Shown: one piece after another, positions 63,371 through 64,000 of the stretch | How positions within the stretch are numbered: the first letter of the stretch is position 1 | Layout: every line of letters begins with the position of its first letter | Assembly: GCF_018977255.1 (NCBI RefSeq) | Contig: NW_024704742.1 | Location: forward strand, 78,432,001 to 78,496,000 | Source: Callorhinchus milii | Taxonomy: Eukaryota | Length of the DNA stretch: 64,000 bases | Direction of reading: 5' to 3' | The notes under the pieces: generated by a model | Seen by the model: only the letters and a program-made list of their open reading frames with translations | Told to the model about the DNA's origin: nothing | Databases searched by the model: none | Made by a program: the position numbers and the translations under genes

Positions 63371-63425
63371 CTGTGTTGCCAGACAGGGACAGAGCACAAA
63401 CCACCAGCCTGAGCAGCAGCTGCAT
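63371..63425 (-). CDS. chrnb3: chrnb3 exon 1 (signal peptide [18 protein letters not shown]+G)
   Basis: GACATGC start, hydrophobic 18-codon leader, donor ACAG|gtaagt; phase 1 joins exon 2 (G+CT = Ala). Confidence 0.8.
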
Positions 63426-63437
63426 GTCACCTCCCAG

Positions 63438-63657
63438 TCTGTGTCTGTATCTGTGTCTGTATCTCTGTGTCTGTATCTCTGTGTCTGTGTCTCTGTGTCT
63501 GTGTCTCTGTGTCTGTGTCTGTATCTCTGTATCTCTGTGTCTGTATCTCTGTGTCTGTGTCTCTGTCTCTGTGTCTGTGTCTCTGTGTCTGTGTCTCTGT
63601 GTCTGTATCTCTGTCTGTGTCTGTGTCTCTGTGTCTGTCTCTGTGTCTGTCTCTGTG
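63438..63657. repeat. (TCTGTG/TCTGTA/TCTC)n compound repeat immediately 5' of the chrnb3 ATG
   Basis: Directly visible. Confidence 0.95.
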
Positions 63658-63659
63658 CT

Positions 63660-64000
63660 GCAAACTCAAACTCTCAGTCTTCCCACGCGATCGCTCGGAT
63701 CATCCCTCAGTCCACACTCTGGATCCCAACTTGTTCTCTAAACCCCATTCAGGCGCAGAAGCGGATCAGAAGCCAACATGAAGGGATCGAGGAGCAGCAG
63801 TGCCTGAGCTGAGCTGCTGAGCTGCTGGGCTGCTGTGCTGGGCTGCTGGGCTGGGCTGCTGGGCTGGGCTGGGCTGGGCTGGGCTGCTGTGCTGGGCTGC
63901 TGGGCTGCTGTGCTGGGCTGCTGGGCTGGGCTGCTGGGCTGCTGTGCTGGGCTGGGCTGGGCTGGGCTGCTGTGCTGGGCTGGGCTGGGCTGGGCTGCTG
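63660..64000 (-). promoter_or_regulatory. Putative chrnb3 5'UTR/proximal promoter region
   Basis: CpG cluster (cacgcgatcgctcgg, ggcgcagaagcgg) just upstream of exon 1. Confidence 0.4.
63803..64000. repeat. (GGGCT/GAGCT/GCT)n repeat running off the window end
   Basis: Directly visible. Confidence 0.95.

Larger units (their letters stand above)
37507..63425 (-). other. chrnb3: chrnb3 gene span (ATG to stop), neuronal nicotinic acetylcholine receptor subunit beta-3, 6 coding exons, 468 aa
   Basis: Exons of 55+152+45+110+886+159 = 1407 nt join in frame through GT-AG introns. Protein has signal peptide, Cys-loop ([15 protein letters not shown]), M1-M4 and beta3-typical motifs ([45 protein letters not shown]); no vicinal Cys-Cys. 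Confidence 0.93.

Overview
Vertebrate genomic DNA, rich in L2/CR1 LINEs and tRNA-derived/Deu-domain SINEs. The repeat landscape suggests a cartilaginous fish (holocephalan or shark); this is inference only. The main gene is a complete six-exon neuronal nicotinic acetylcholine receptor beta-3 subunit (chrnb3) on the minus strand. Its coding exons are 63371-63425, 49368-49519, 46864-46908, 45745-45854, 39261-40146 and 37507-37665 (1407 nt, 468 aa, all GT-AG with consistent phases). About 28 kb downstream, on the same strand, a CpG-rich region holds the signal-peptide exon (8873-8933) of a second gene, possibly chrna6/chrna8-type, whose body I could not find in the window. The rest is transposon debris and simple repeats. 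Notable points: a single loop-C cysteine in beta-3 (half of the alpha-type Cys-Cys), an unusual Leu>Ser in the YLPSD motif, a 179-bp tandem duplication spanning the stop codon, a hAT-like MITE with 8-bp TSD in intron 5, a composite CORE-like/Deu-like SINE sharing its tail with an L2 family, and a locally templated inverted insertion. I found no convincing wholly new biological system; the findings are curiosities of gene and TE evolution.
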